Shown here: one piece after another, positions 63,792-64,000 of the stretch | Position numbering within the stretch: position 1 is the first letter of the stretch | Layout of the letters: each line of letters opens with the position of its first letter | Origin: an uncultured Candidatus Saccharibacteria bacterium | GTDB lineage: Bacteria; Patescibacteriota; Saccharimonadia; Saccharimonadales; 2-12-FULL-41-12 | Direction of reading: 5' to 3' | Assembly: GCA_964648105.1 (NCBI GenBank) | Contig: CAZYMH010000001.1 | Coordinates: forward strand, 143,999-207,998 | Length of the DNA stretch: 64,000 nt | Notes under the pieces: generated by a model | The model's input: the letters and a program-made list of their open reading frames with translations, nothing else | Database searches by the model: none | What the model was told of the DNA's origin: nothing | Translations under genes and position numbers: made by a program

Positions 63792-64000
63792 ACAATGTAA
63801 ATCCACTCCGAAAATTAAAATTTCCTAGACTCAAATTAGCCATAACTTACCTCGGCATAATTATGTTTATGAGCATACTGTTTAGCACAATTATTTATAA
63901 TATTTCCTTCGGCGAAATTCGTAGTCAGCGGTCAGTTGAGTTCCCGAGAGGTAATATTTTTTATGATGAATTCGAGCGTACCCGTGACCGACGACTTGAA
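63788..64000 (+). CDS. Sensor histidine kinase, N-terminal fragment (runs off the right edge)
   Basis: An ATGA start/stop overlap with the response regulator. Own translation is MNNVNPLRKLKFPRLKLAITYLGIIMFMSILFSTIIYNISFGEIR..., giving a TM helix. The kinase core is not in the window, so the call rests on position. Confidence 0.55.
   Translation, partial: MNNVNPLRKLKFPRLKLAITYLGIIMFMSILFSTIIYNISFGEIRSQRSVEFPRGNIFYDEFERTRDRRLE

Noticed and set aside
1-64000. Possibility of an alternative genetic code (UGA recoding, as in some CPR lineages)
   Set aside because: Conserved genes (recA, dnaK, ftsH, lepA, ruvB, pilB) are full-length and uninterrupted under the standard code, and several end at TGA. 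No in-frame UGA problem is seen.

Overview
AT-rich, very gene-dense chromosomal segment read with the standard genetic code. No rRNA, CRISPR array, transposase or integrase is visible. The gene content points to a reduced-genome Patescibacteria/CPR bacterium, most consistent with Saccharibacteria (TM7); this placement is inference from content only. That content is compact housekeeping operons, a full type IV pilus block, ComEC, RimK, secreted glycan enzymes and almost no biosynthesis genes.

Recognisable content, left to right:
- VKOR fragment, an EEP nuclease-like protein, tRNA-Pro, and an orphan P-loop NTPase
- rny/ymdB, tsaBE, and recA-orf-recX
- pilB-pilC-pilin-minor pilins-pilMNO, an 11-gene block
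- ruvC-orf-ruvAB, yebC, tRNA-Lys, uppS, and rimK with its protease partner
- three tandem secreted polysaccharide-active genes
- a fragmented hrcA-grpE-dnaK...dnaJ heat-shock regulon with three canonical CIRCE operators
- lepA, murJ, ftsH, tilS
- two CAU tRNAs surrounded by tRNA debris
- an envelope two-gene operon and a Y-family polymerase
- a lamin-tail protein/ComEC/secreted-nuclease block, then a two-component system running off the right edge

Most interesting observations:
1. The three secreted enzyme genes are built from base-identical shuffled modules. The middle gene is a clean chimera joined at an 18-bp shared string.
2. Next to the initiator tRNA lies a structured locus that is a tRNA-fMet 3' half with an 86-nt hairpin-rich insertion in the T-loop. 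It sits within a 2.5-kb stretch rich in tRNA fragments and non-coding DNA.
3. A putative DNA-uptake module pairs a short ComEC with a secreted His-Me nuclease and a Cys-repeat lamin-tail protein.
4. An orphan STAND-like ATPase lies beside tRNA-Pro.
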